A stretch of DNA of 64,000 nucleotides from Candidatus Poribacteria bacterium. GTDB lineage: Bacteria; Poribacteria; WGA-4E; WGA-3G. The DNA lies in NCBI GenBank assembly GCA_965205015.1, contig OZ242029.1, forward strand, positions 3,808,001 through 3,872,000, in the 5' to 3' direction. Position numbers and translations under genes: made by a program. Below, piece by piece: positions 39,160 to 48,962 of this stretch. The notes under the pieces were generated by a model that saw nothing but the letters and a program-made list of their open reading frames with translations, did not search any database and was not told where the DNA came from. Each line of letters opens with the position of its first letter. The stretch's first letter is position 1.

Positions 39160-41148
39160 GTGGTAAATCAGGCAATGTGTCTAATAAGTAAAATTAAAAA
39201 ACTTCTCTCACACGTGCTGCTGATGTTTCTCCTCTGCGCGTTTGCTTATGCTCGCTTTGAAGAGGTACACGTCTTAATTGAGGCAGGACACTACACGGAA
39301 GCGAATGATAAACTCGAAGCACTTGCGGAATCTGCTAAAGATATTGCTGTGAAAAGTTGGTGTTATTATCAGATCGGTGAGATCCACTATAACTATACGC
39401 ACCAGTACAACAAAGCGATCGGGGCTTACGATAAAATTCTAAAACTTGAGGAAAACGGGCTTGCTGCTGAGGAGCTTTTCCTCGCCATTATCAAAAAAGG
39501 GGATGTCCATGCCCGCATGGGCAATTACCAGGACGCTATCCAAACTTACGATAGGTTGATTAAACTTGCCCCTGCTTCACATTTCGTGCATAAGACTGGC
39601 TTACAAAAGATACGGGATATTAACAACGCACTCGCTGACTTACGAGAACAGCAGCGTATTGCGATCCAGTATACAGGGACACCCCTTGCGGCTATCGCTC
39701 AATTTCAGATCGCTGAACTCTATCGGAATCATTCCCAACTCAATCAGCCTGAAAAGGCAATAGAAAAGTATGCGTCACTTCTCGAAGTGCACCCGAATGC
39801 GATTATGGCACCGGAAGCGAGATGGCGCATCGCGCATTTAAGGCATACCGTTCTGAACCAATCGGCTTTAGCAATGGCGACCTACAGAAAAGTCGTTGAG
39901 GATTACCCGACCAGCAATTTCGCTGCGGAGGCACTCTTTCAAATGGCAAGTATCCATCGCACAGCCGAGAAGTATTCATTGGCAATCCCCGTCTTTGAAA
40001 AATTGAAACAGAGGTACCCGAACTTCTGGAATATGCACGCTGTTCTCTATTGGACAGGTGTTTGTTATGAGAAAAGTTTAAACTATCCGAAAGCGATAGA
40101 GGCTTTTGAAACGTTCGTTCATGCCTATCTGCCCCAACTCGACCCAGGGTATTTAGGGCAGATCTCAATGCATGACAAAAGTGTGTCTGAGGTGAAGACA
40201 CAGATTGATCAGAAAATAGAGGCGCTCGCGGACCAGATGTCGGAAGTGGAATTAGAACGGTTGAACAAAGCGAGTGCAGATCGGAATTTTTCTGAAGCCT
40301 TAAGTATCGCTCGGCATCTCATCGCTACGGCACCGTATACCCCTCAAGCAGAGCGGGCAGCGGAACGACTTCCGACACTTCAGCAACTCACAGCCATCGA
40401 AAACCTGCGTGAGAAACTCCAAGACCAAAACTTGGTGCCGATAGAGGCAGCACGTGCGCGTTTGCAAATCGGGACCATCTATGAACGGAAACCTTTACAG
40501 GACTATCCGAAGGCAATTGCGGCGTATCAAGAGGTATTGAAATATCACGCCGAGTTGACGCATGCCGCCGAAGCACTCTACCGCAGTGGACGCATCTACG
40601 CTGAGCAACTCGCCACACCTAACGAAGCGATTCACGCTTACAAAAAGGTTATTGAAACGCATCCGAACACTTTACAAGCGATGATGGCAAATTTTCAGCT
40701 GGGTGAGCTTTACAGAGGACTTCATCGTTACAATGAGGCACTGCAAGCCTACGAAACGACGATCGGGTATCCAGAGCGGGATCGCTACATCGCAGGCGGC
40801 TATAAGGACAGTTTCGCCGATAGAGCGCAGTTTCGGATCGGACGTGTCCATTACGAGGACAGACGTTACAACGAGGCGCGTTTCGCTTTTGAGGAGTTCA
40901 TTCAAAACCGGACGCAGTCCCCCCGTCTCGCTGCTGCTTATATCTATCTGGCGGCTATCTGTGAAAATCGCAATGAAAACGCCCAAGCCGCTTACTATTA
41001 CAAAAGGGCGAAAAATCTACTCACAGACAACCCTGTGCAAATGACGACGCTCATAGAAGAAGCGAGGGGTCTCGGAAATCTACAAGTTGCCGCTGATTCA
41101 AATACAGTTATGCGGTTCCTTGAAGAAAAGCAGAAAAATCTTAAGTAA
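39160..41148 (+). CDS. exported TPR-repeat protein
   Basis: Signal-like N-terminus; many A.F.IA..Y...A...Y..V...YP repeats. Confidence 0.85.
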   Translation: MVNQAMCLISKIKKLLSHVLLMFLLCAFAYARFEEVHVLIEAGHYTEANDKLEALAESAKDIAVKSWCYYQIGEIHYNYTHQYNKAIGAYDKILKLEENGLAAEELFLAIIKKGDVHARMGNYQDAIQTYDRLIKLAPASHFVHKTGLQKIRDINNALADLREQQRIAIQYTGTPLAAIAQFQIAELYRNHSQLNQPEKAIEKYASLLEVHPNAIMAPEARWRIAHLRHTVLNQSALAMATYRKVVEDYPTSNFAAEALFQMASIHRTAEKYSLAIPVFEKLKQRYPNFWNMHAVLYWTGVCYEKSLNYPKAIEAFETFVHAYLPQLDPGYLGQISMHDKSVSEVKTQIDQKIEALADQMSEVELERLNKASADRNFSEALSIARHLIATAPYTPQAERAAERLPTLQQLTAIENLREKLQDQNLVPIEAARARLQIGTIYERKPLQDYPKAIAAYQEVLKYHAELTHAAEALYRSGRIYAEQLATPNEAIHAYKKVIETHPNTLQAMMANFQLGELYRGLHRYNEALQAYETTIGYPERDRYIAGGYKDSFADRAQFRIGRVHYEDRRYNEARFAFEEFIQNRTQSPRLAAAYIYLAAICENRNENAQAAYYYKRAKNLLTDNPVQMTTLIEEARGLGNLQVAADSNTVMRFLEEKQKNLK

Positions 41149-41234
41149 TCAAAATTATGGTAGCGTTGAACGCCTCTGAACTTTGCGATTCCATTTAACC
41201 AATCCTACCCAATTTCTGATACGTCCTCGTGCTA

Positions 41235-42698
41235 TCAGTTTTTTAAAGTTGAATGGAACTCCACAGGGTAAGGTGCTGCTGCTGTCAAACTTTTATGCGA
41301 ATCCGGCAATCTTTTCAGTTCTGCAGCTGCATGGGTCTGGATGTCATGCAGATTCGGAAAATCATATACCAACTCCCCATTTTGGATAATCGGAATTAGG
41401 AGTGGCTGTCCCTCGGGGGTCGGTTCATCCCAGGGTGTCACGCAATCTCTGACATAATTCCCATCAACATCGGCAACACGATACATCTGCTTTTTGCCCG
41501 GTATCGTGGCTTTAGAGGGCTCATCCAGCGACTGTTTCCCGACAGGTCGGCCATCGCTTTCGACCAACTTGTAAACACCACTGAGTGCAGAGGTTCCCCC
41601 TTCACCGGTCATCGAATCGAAGTTCGCACCCGTCGCGAGCCGTGTGCCGACGCCGAAGCTATCGATGGGCGCACCATTTTTGAGCAACGTGTCTATCTGA
41701 AATTCATCGAGTTCATGGCTGGCGATAATTTGGACATAATCGAGTCCTGCCGCATCAAGGATACGCCGGACCTTTTTACTGAGCGTTAAGAGGTTCCCAC
41801 TGTCCAATCGGACGGCACGCAATCGTACCCCGCGCGCCTCCATCTCCTTTGCGACAATGCAAGCATTACGCGCCCCCTGAAGTGTATTGTATGTATCAAT
41901 TAGGAGGGTTGTGTTGTTCGGAAAGGTAGTCGCGTAATCACGGAAGGCTTCTAACTCGGTAGGGCGTTCGGAGATGAACTTATGCGCCATCGTGCCAACG
42001 TAAGGTATATTGAAATAGTGGCCGGCAAGCACTAACGAGGTCCCGCTCGCGCCACCGATAAAAGAGGCACGAGCGGCGAGGATTCCGGCGTCCCTGCCGT
42101 GTGCTCGCCTTGCACCGAAGTCGAATACAGGTCTGCCTCGTGCGGCTTCTACTATCCGTGAGGTTTTCGTGGCAATCAGCGTCTGAAAGTTCATGACACA
42201 GAGCAGATAGGTCTCAAAAAGTTGGACATCTCTGGAGCGACCTGTGACATTGATAATCGGTTCATTGGGAAAAACGAGCGTGCCTTCAGGAACAGCGAAA
42301 ATGGAACCCTCAAAGCGGAAATCCTTAAGAACGGCAAGATAGTCAGAACTCAGATCGCCTCGGTGTGCCAACCAGTCGAGCGCAGCATCCGTGAAACGTA
42401 AATTTAAGACGTAATGGATAACCTGTTCCAATCCAGCGGCTATGAGATACTGTCCTTGTGGGACTTCTCGGACATAGTAGTTCGCTGTGACGATTGCCTT
42501 GTTCTGGGCATTGAAATCTGCCTGCCCCATCGTGAGTTGATAATAGTCAACGAAGAGTGCCATATTATCTTCTATGAGCAAAGCAGATCTCGGGGGAGAA
42601 GACTGGAAGACTGGAAGACTGGAAGACTGGGGGGCATCTATCCTTCCATCCTTCCCCCCTTCCAACTTCGCTCCTTCCTTCCTTCCAATGGATTTCAT
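41235..42698 (-). CDS. pncB: nicotinate phosphoribosyltransferase with repeat-derived N-terminal insertion
   Basis: DYYQLTM, VFPNEP, DFGARRAHG, GTMAH, LIDTY, VRLDSG and FGVGT; ATG overlaps the upstream TGA (ATGA). Confidence 0.93.
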   Translation of the reverse strand: MKSIGRKEGAKLEGGKDGRIDAPQSSSLPVFQSSPPRSALLIEDNMALFVDYYQLTMGQADFNAQNKAIVTANYYVREVPQGQYLIAAGLEQVIHYVLNLRFTDAALDWLAHRGDLSSDYLAVLKDFRFEGSIFAVPEGTLVFPNEPIINVTGRSRDVQLFETYLLCVMNFQTLIATKTSRIVEAARGRPVFDFGARRAHGRDAGILAARASFIGGASGTSLVLAGHYFNIPYVGTMAHKFISERPTELEAFRDYATTFPNNTTLLIDTYNTLQGARNACIVAKEMEARGVRLRAVRLDSGNLLTLSKKVRRILDAAGLDYVQIIASHELDEFQIDTLLKNGAPIDSFGVGTRLATGANFDSMTGEGGTSALSGVYKLVESDGRPVGKQSLDEPSKATIPGKKQMYRVADVDGNYVRDCVTPWDEPTPEGQPLLIPIIQNGELVYDFPNLHDIQTHAAAELKRLPDSHKSLTAAAPYPVEFHSTLKN

Positions 42699-45082
42699 AG
42701 ATCCTCTCCCTCAGTGAGAATGAGTCTCTGATTGATAGACAAGTTTCGATGCGTATCCACTTGACCGGAGGGCCAGACAATTTCAAGGATATCCACCTTC
42801 GTATGTGTTCCAAGCCCGATTTCAAGGGACAAACTGTTGGTCGATCCGAATCCACATCCACCGCTGACTTCTCGGTAAATTACGTCATTACCGATATGCA
42901 GGGTAACTTTGGCACCGATACCATCCCGATTGCTTTTGACCCCGACGAGTTTTAGGGTGAGATGGTTGTTTCCAGTGCCATTGTTGCGATAGAAGAGATT
43001 GTGCCACTGGTCGCCGATAAATGCGCCGCCGACGGGGACATAGATATCAACATCGCCATCCGTATCGATATCACCAAAGGTTACGCCGTGTCCTTTTCCG
43101 ATGTTTCCTAAACCCAGCGCAGCCGTCGCGTCCGTAAAAGTGCCATCGCCGTTATTGCGGAAGAGCGCATCGCGTTCGAGTCGTCCCATCTGTGGCGCGC
43201 CGGTGGCAAGATAGATGTCGAGGTAGCCGTCGCTATTGATGTCCCCAAAATTCGCTCCCATCGCGCCATACGCGTGGTAGAGTCCCGATTCACGAGTGAC
43301 ATCTGTGAAGGTGCCATCGCCGTTGTTGCGATACAGCACTTGCCGGTCAGCATCGTGGGGGGCAGTGCCTGTGATTTGACCGGCGATGAAGGCTTGAAAA
43401 GAGCCTGAGTTTGAGATGAAGATGTCCAGATCCGCATCGTTGTCTACATCGAGAAAGAAGGTAACAAAGGCATCCGTAACAGGGAGACTCATACCTGTCG
43501 TCGGGGTAACATCGGTGAAGGTGCCATCGCCGTTATTGCGGTAAAGCACATTGGATTGCCCGAAGTTGACGACATGCAGGTCGATGTGTCCATCCTTATC
43601 GTAATCCCCCCAAGCGGTGCCGAGGGAATTCCCGGTATCTGCGACACCGGCAACATCTGCGGTATTCGTGAAAGTGCCGTCCCCATTGTTGCGATATAAG
43701 ACATTCGCAGCACCATCACCGATAACACCGTCAGCAATATAGAGATCAATGTAGCCATCATTGTCGTAATCCGCCCACGCGGCACAGAAACTACTCTGTG
43801 GGTCTGCGACACCTGCGGTGTGTGTGACATCGGTGAACGTGCCATCGCCGTTGTTATGATAGAGTGTGTTCTCTGCCGCACCCGACCAACCGCCACGGGT
43901 GATGTAGATATCCAAATAGCCATCGTTATCGTAATCGGCGAAGAGTGAACCCCAACCGCCTCTTGGATCGGCAATACCTGCTGCATCTGCTGTGTTTGTG
44001 AAAGTGCCATCGCCGTTATTGCGGAAGAGGGCGTGGGGTTGATACGTGCCCACCGCGACGATGTCTAAATCTCCGTCGTTATCATAATCTCCCCAGGCAC
44101 TGCCGCGTCCACCATCAACTTTGTCCATTTTTAACTCGGGGGCGATATCGGTAAAATAGTTGTCAGTTGTCGGGTGGAAGGGTGGAAGGGTGGAAGATTG
44201 GGGGACATCCATCCTTCCATCCTTCCTTTCTTCCATCCAAACGCCGCTGATGGCTATTTTAAACTCTGCTGGCAAGTCTTCTGGATAGCCACCGAGTTTG
44301 CTGTATGCTGTCCACAAGTTCCACAAGGTTTCGGGGTCGCGAGGTTTCAAACGGAGCGATTCTTTGAAATTCTCAACGGCTTTTTCAGGTGCGCCGTGTC
44401 GGAGATGATAGACTCCCAGATAGTAGTACGCCCCAGAATGACGACGGTAATTTTGGATGATATTTTCAAAACGTTCAGCGGCTTTGTCGGCTTCGCCGAG
44501 CCGGAATTCGGCTAAACCGAGTTGGAGCATCGCCTCCAGATTGTTCGGTTCGAGGTGCAGCACCTTTTCAAACTGGCGTTTGGAGGCGGAGAGATCCGGG
44601 ACGAGCATCTGTTGCGGCGCCCCCAAGAAATAGCCGAGCCTGATGCGTGCCTCGGTATCGTCAGGGTTTACCTCCAGAGCATTGGTGAGCGCAGCAGTAG
44701 AATCAGAAAAGCGTTGTTGATAACTGAAAACCTGTGCCAGCGTTAGGTATGCCTTTGAAAGTTGGTCCTTGTGGGAAGGGTTTTTAACCCCGATATCCTT
44801 AAGCAGCCCTATCAGCGTTTGCAACGTTTCTTCGGCAAGTCCCCATTTCTGTTGTCTAACATAGGTGCGGGCGAGCAACATGCGTACATCGTGAGCATTG
44901 GCATCGATCTGCAGGCACGCCTGAAACGCTTTTTCCGCTTCAGCGAAGTTGTTCCTATCTAATGCGTCCATGCCTTTCTGATAGTGCGCCGTGAGTTGCG
45001 GATTTACATCACGCTGCGGTGTATCTGTATTGCATCCGATACCGATGAAGAAAATAAGGAAAATAGAAAAAATCGCTCGCAT
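42695..45082 (-). CDS. lipoprotein with TPR, FG-GAP repeats and ASPIC/UnbV domain
   Basis: Lipobox IGIGC; TPRs; DYDNDG/NNGDGTFTD repeats; NRDGIGAKV..SGGCGFGS. Confidence 0.9.
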   Translation of the reverse strand: MRAIFSIFLIFFIGIGCNTDTPQRDVNPQLTAHYQKGMDALDRNNFAEAEKAFQACLQIDANAHDVRMLLARTYVRQQKWGLAEETLQTLIGLLKDIGVKNPSHKDQLSKAYLTLAQVFSYQQRFSDSTAALTNALEVNPDDTEARIRLGYFLGAPQQMLVPDLSASKRQFEKVLHLEPNNLEAMLQLGLAEFRLGEADKAAERFENIIQNYRRHSGAYYYLGVYHLRHGAPEKAVENFKESLRLKPRDPETLWNLWTAYSKLGGYPEDLPAEFKIAISGVWMEERKDGRMDVPQSSTLPPFHPTTDNYFTDIAPELKMDKVDGGRGSAWGDYDNDGDLDIVAVGTYQPHALFRNNGDGTFTNTADAAGIADPRGGWGSLFADYDNDGYLDIYITRGGWSGAAENTLYHNNGDGTFTDVTHTAGVADPQSSFCAAWADYDNDGYIDLYIADGVIGDGAANVLYRNNGDGTFTNTADVAGVADTGNSLGTAWGDYDKDGHIDLHVVNFGQSNVLYRNNGDGTFTDVTPTTGMSLPVTDAFVTFFLDVDNDADLDIFISNSGSFQAFIAGQITGTAPHDADRQVLYRNNGDGTFTDVTRESGLYHAYGAMGANFGDINSDGYLDIYLATGAPQMGRLERDALFRNNGDGTFTDATAALGLGNIGKGHGVTFGDIDTDGDVDIYVPVGGAFIGDQWHNLFYRNNGTGNNHLTLKLVGVKSNRDGIGAKVTLHIGNDVIYREVSGGCGFGSTNSLSLEIGLGTHTKVDILEIVWPSGQVDTHRNLSINQRLILTEGEDL

Positions 45083-45149
45083 ATCTGTTTTTTGTCTGAA
45101 TCAGGATTAGTGTTAGCCGTCAACTGTCGAAAACCATAAACTTGCTCTT

Positions 45150-45312
45150 GAAAAATTGTCACCAGTGCGTCAAACGCCGCGGCAGCTCGCTTGAGGAGTT
45201 CGCCGTTACGCATCCCGTTCCACCCCTGCCGAGAAACCGTCGTGACTTGAAAATCCGCATCAAAGTATCGTACCAATCGCCAGTCTAAGTTTTCATCAAG
45301 GAGAACGCGCAT
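45150..45312 (-). pseudogene. truncated DUF5615 PIN-like toxin (VapC45-like)
   Basis: MRVLLDENL..TV..GWNG..NGELL..AA..FDALVT, then family resemblance is lost. Confidence 0.6.
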
Positions 45313-45420
45313 GTTGTTTTGAATCTCCGAACGTTGGAGGACTGTTGGTATTCCTACAACAGCGTGGGGGACGAATGTAGACGCGTAGGAATAACACTTC
45401 CGATTTAGTGGGAGTGTCTA

Positions 45421-45651
45421 TCACCGCTGGTGTGATCGGATGGTTCGGGTCAGCGCGAGTTCCAAAAAAGCGATTGCCTGTTCCCGAGAGACCGAAGGGA
45501 ACCCTTCAAGAAAATAGTCAAGACTCTCGCCGGCTTTGAGATGATCAATAAGTGCTTTTACAGGAACACGAGTACCTGTAAACACAGGTGTTCCCCCGTG
45601 GATCTCAGGATCTTGGTTTATCACATGCTCAGGTTTCATCTTGTGTATCAT
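45421..45651 (-). CDS. DUF433 family antitoxin-like protein
   Basis: DPEIHGGTPVFTGTRVPV..FLEGFPSVSREQA. Confidence 0.9.
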   Translation of the reverse strand: MIHKMKPEHVINQDPEIHGGTPVFTGTRVPVKALIDHLKAGESLDYFLEGFPSVSREQAIAFLELALTRTIRSHQR

Positions 45652-45835
45652 AACCCCCGATCGTTCTTATGTCTGATTGGTCATAAGTATACCACATATT
45701 AAACCTGATACCAATGGTAAATGGAGTTAGGAAGAATCGCGAGTAGGGAAAATCCGCAGAAATCCGCAGAAATACCCTATCAAAAACACCCCAAGCAAAA
45801 ACACTCGCTCCTACAAGAATGGTTAGGGAGCGCGG

Positions 45836-47218
45836 CTACAAACCAGCCAGCCTTGCCTTCAACACTTCTATTGGGACGGGTTTTGTCAAATCCATGAGAT
45901 AGATCCGCATGTGATCGGAACGATCGGAACTGAATACGAGCGTTTTTCCGTCTTTTGAGAGACTCGGTTCGAAATGGGCACCGATGTGGTTCGTGAGTTG
46001 CGTTTTGTTTGTGCCGTCGGTGTTCATCATCCAGAGTGTATAATGATTATGCGCGTTCGAGACATAGAGTATCCGTTTGCCATCCGGACTGAAAGTGGGG
46101 TGGTAGTGGGAACCTGTATTCGTAAACGTTAGCTGCTGGACCACACCGCCTCCGGCATTGACACTGAAAAGTTGGTAGATGTCGTCCACCATTCCGGTGA
46201 AGGCGATCTGCTTTCCATTGGGTGCCCACGTTGGATGTCCATCGTCTACATCGTTGTGGGTCAGTTGCTTCTTGTTGGTGCCGTCGATATGAATGACGTA
46301 GATTTCTAAGGTATCATTATTCTCTGCGGGCGAGGTGACCTCGCCCCTACGGGATTCAAAGGCGATTTGTTGCCCATCCGGTGAAAAGACAGGGGCGCGC
46401 TGCGCGCCTTCTATATCAAGGAGTGGACGTTGGTTTCTTCCATCGGCATCCATGAGGTAGATCGTCGCAGTCCTCGGATCGGAACCACTCGCCTGGACAG
46501 ATGGGAGCATCATCCCGCCACGTGTGCGCTCAGAAACGAAGGCGATAGATTTACCATCGGGTGAAAAAGCAGGCATGTATTCATCAAGTTCATCGGTATG
46601 TGTCAGCTGCTGTAGCGTGCGAGTTGTGAGATCCATGAGATACAACTCGGCGTTCTGGAGACGATTTGAAGCGAAAGCGAGCCATTTTCCATCGGGTGAA
46701 ATTGCGGGACTATAATCGTCGGTATACTTTGCAGTAAACGTCATCATATTCCCTTTTTCAGTGAAGGTCTGCTCGTAGTCGTCGCTGCCTTCAGTGCGAA
46801 TCCGTTGGACGTGGTAGGCGTCTCCTGTGAGACCTGCTAATTGAAGGAGGATTTCTTTTTTGGGGGAATCGCTCAGCAGCTTTTGGAATTCGGGGCGCGC
46901 GAGGGAACGGTTACCACTGTGCCAGTGGACGCGCCCGAGGGCGAGTGTTATGTCTGCGCGTTTGGGTGCCAACTTTGCTGCATCTCTGAAGGCATTGACG
47001 GCTTGCGTAGCGTCTCCTAATCCTTCATACGCCAAACCGAGCTGATAATAAGCCTCGGCGTTGGAAGGGTTCTGCTTCAGTGCTGCCTGAAACTGCTGAA
47101 TGGCAGACGGAGTGTCGCCTGTTTTAAGGAAGGCTTTGCCGCGCTCAATCGTGGGATCCCCTCCGCACGCAAGCAGAATTAGGAGTATAGAAATGAATAG
47201 ATAGAAATAGTTTCTCAT
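45836..47218 (-). CDS. lipoprotein with TPR and TolB-like PD40 beta-propeller
   Basis: Lipobox LLAC; TPRs; repeated P.FSPDGK.IAF.S; ATGA-coupled start. Confidence 0.88.
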   Translation of the reverse strand: MRNYFYLFISILLILLACGGDPTIERGKAFLKTGDTPSAIQQFQAALKQNPSNAEAYYQLGLAYEGLGDATQAVNAFRDAAKLAPKRADITLALGRVHWHSGNRSLARPEFQKLLSDSPKKEILLQLAGLTGDAYHVQRIRTEGSDDYEQTFTEKGNMMTFTAKYTDDYSPAISPDGKWLAFASNRLQNAELYLMDLTTRTLQQLTHTDELDEYMPAFSPDGKSIAFVSERTRGGMMLPSVQASGSDPRTATIYLMDADGRNQRPLLDIEGAQRAPVFSPDGQQIAFESRRGEVTSPAENNDTLEIYVIHIDGTNKKQLTHNDVDDGHPTWAPNGKQIAFTGMVDDIYQLFSVNAGGGVVQQLTFTNTGSHYHPTFSPDGKRILYVSNAHNHYTLWMMNTDGTNKTQLTNHIGAHFEPSLSKDGKTLVFSSDRSDHMRIYLMDLTKPVPIEVLKARLAGL

Positions 47219-48864
47219 TTTTGCCTTATACGGATTCGCTGGTTTGCTGGGATATTGTGAAGCTTCTGCGTTTTCCCGTTCTGCCAAGTGATTTGTAATG
47301 TCTCAATCTGTGTGGCATCTCCCACACCAAATTCCGCGACGAAACTGTTCGCGGACATGTAGCTCTCACCGGCGTAAATTTCTCGGACCTGCGTCTGATC
47401 CGCCGTTTTCACCTGAATTTTCGCGCCGATGGCGTCTCGATTCGCGCCTGTTCCAACGAGTTTGACATAGAGCCAATTGTCGCGGTTTCCGCCCTCATTC
47501 CGCAATAGTGTCGGTGGGGCATGGTTGTTGACGATGAAAATATCGACGTCGCCATCATTATCATAGTCCCCAAACGCTGCGCCGCGACCGACTCGGATAG
47601 GGAGTGCCCCAATTCCTGCCTCTTGACTGACATTGGTGAACGTCTCGTCCCCATTGTTTCGGAACAACATATCAGGCTGAGGGATAAGCACCTCTGGACG
47701 ATTCAGCTCCTGGAAGGTGCTACCGTTCGTCACAAAGATATCCAAATCCCCATCGTTGTCATAATCAAAGAGGGCGGTACCCCATCCGATCTGTTTGATA
47801 CTCTCTTCAGCAAGTAGGGATGTATAGGATTCATCTACGAACCGGATCTGTTTAGCATCTGCGTCCTCTGCAAACAAATTTCTGTAGAGTGCGTTTTCCT
47901 CGTCCACCCAATGGCTCATAAAGAGATCGATATCACCGTCAGCGTCGTAATCACCAGCCGTGAGTCCCATAGAACCGCGAAAATCCGCTGCCCACGACTC
48001 GTTGCTGACATCCGTGAACGTGCCGCCTCCATCGTTGCGATAGATATGGTTCGTGGTGGTATCATTTGCGACATAGAGGTCCAGGTCGTTATCGTTATCA
48101 AAGTCGCTAAAGATGGCTTGCATACTTCTACCACCTACTGCCGCGATGCCCGTTTCATCGGTTACATCGGTGAAAGTGCCGTCCCCGTTGTTCCGATAGA
48201 AGACGTTATCTTGTGGCGCAAAGACGTGCGGATTCAGGGCACTCGGTACAGGTTTCCCAGATTGTAGGGATTCTGCCTTCATCTGTTCCAACTGTTTTAA
48301 GTCATAAGTAACATAGTTGCAAACGTAGAGGTCCAAATCAGTATCGCCATCTACGTCCGCGAAGGCAGCACCTGTGCTCCACAATTCGCAACCGACACCA
48401 GCGGCTTCCGTTACATCGGTAAAGGTGGCGTTTCCGTTGTTCCGATAGAGGACATTCTCACCGTAGTTGGTTAGGTAAAGGTCGAGGTCGGCATCACCGT
48501 CGACATCTGCGAAGACACACCCCATGCCGTAGCCTTGATGCCCAACACCCGCGGCACGGGTGATGTCCGTAAATGTGCCGTCCCCGTTGTTCCGATAGAG
48601 GGCATTGGCGTTTCCCTTATTCGTTTTGCCCTCTTGTGTAAAGGGACCGGGAATATTGACAATATAGAGGTCTATGTCCCCGTCGTTGTCTATATCGGCG
48701 AATCCTGCACCGGAACCCATGTCTTCTGGGAGTAGGCTGGAACGGGTTCCGCTTGAATGCTCAAACCGAATACCGGCTTCATTTGTGACATCAACAAAGG
48801 TAACAGCGTTGACAGTGATGGGTGTCAGAATAAAAATTGCGAGTGTTGCAAAGATGGAATGCAT
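47215..48864 (-). CDS. CRTAC1-like FG-GAP/ASPIC-UnbV protein
   Basis: EDMGSG, DxDxDGDxDLY repeats, NRDAIGAKI and FGVG. Confidence 0.9.
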   Translation of the reverse strand: MHSIFATLAIFILTPITVNAVTFVDVTNEAGIRFEHSSGTRSSLLPEDMGSGAGFADIDNDGDIDLYIVNIPGPFTQEGKTNKGNANALYRNNGDGTFTDITRAAGVGHQGYGMGCVFADVDGDADLDLYLTNYGENVLYRNNGNATFTDVTEAAGVGCELWSTGAAFADVDGDTDLDLYVCNYVTYDLKQLEQMKAESLQSGKPVPSALNPHVFAPQDNVFYRNNGDGTFTDVTDETGIAAVGGRSMQAIFSDFDNDNDLDLYVANDTTTNHIYRNDGGGTFTDVSNESWAADFRGSMGLTAGDYDADGDIDLFMSHWVDEENALYRNLFAEDADAKQIRFVDESYTSLLAEESIKQIGWGTALFDYDNDGDLDIFVTNGSTFQELNRPEVLIPQPDMLFRNNGDETFTNVSQEAGIGALPIRVGRGAAFGDYDNDGDVDIFIVNNHAPPTLLRNEGGNRDNWLYVKLVGTGANRDAIGAKIQVKTADQTQVREIYAGESYMSANSFVAEFGVGDATQIETLQITWQNGKTQKLHNIPANQRIRIRQK

Positions 48865-48962
48865 ATAAAGTGCCTAAAGTGTACCAAAGTGTGCTAAAGT
48901 TGTTGTGGCATATCTACAAACTCCCCAACTTTACCGGCTTTAGAACACTTCCCAACTTCCTT

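Noticed and set aside
48865-48960. AAAGTG 10-mer repeats with a partial inverted arm
   Set aside because: Probably another small repeat, but it occurs once in the window and is too degenerate to define.
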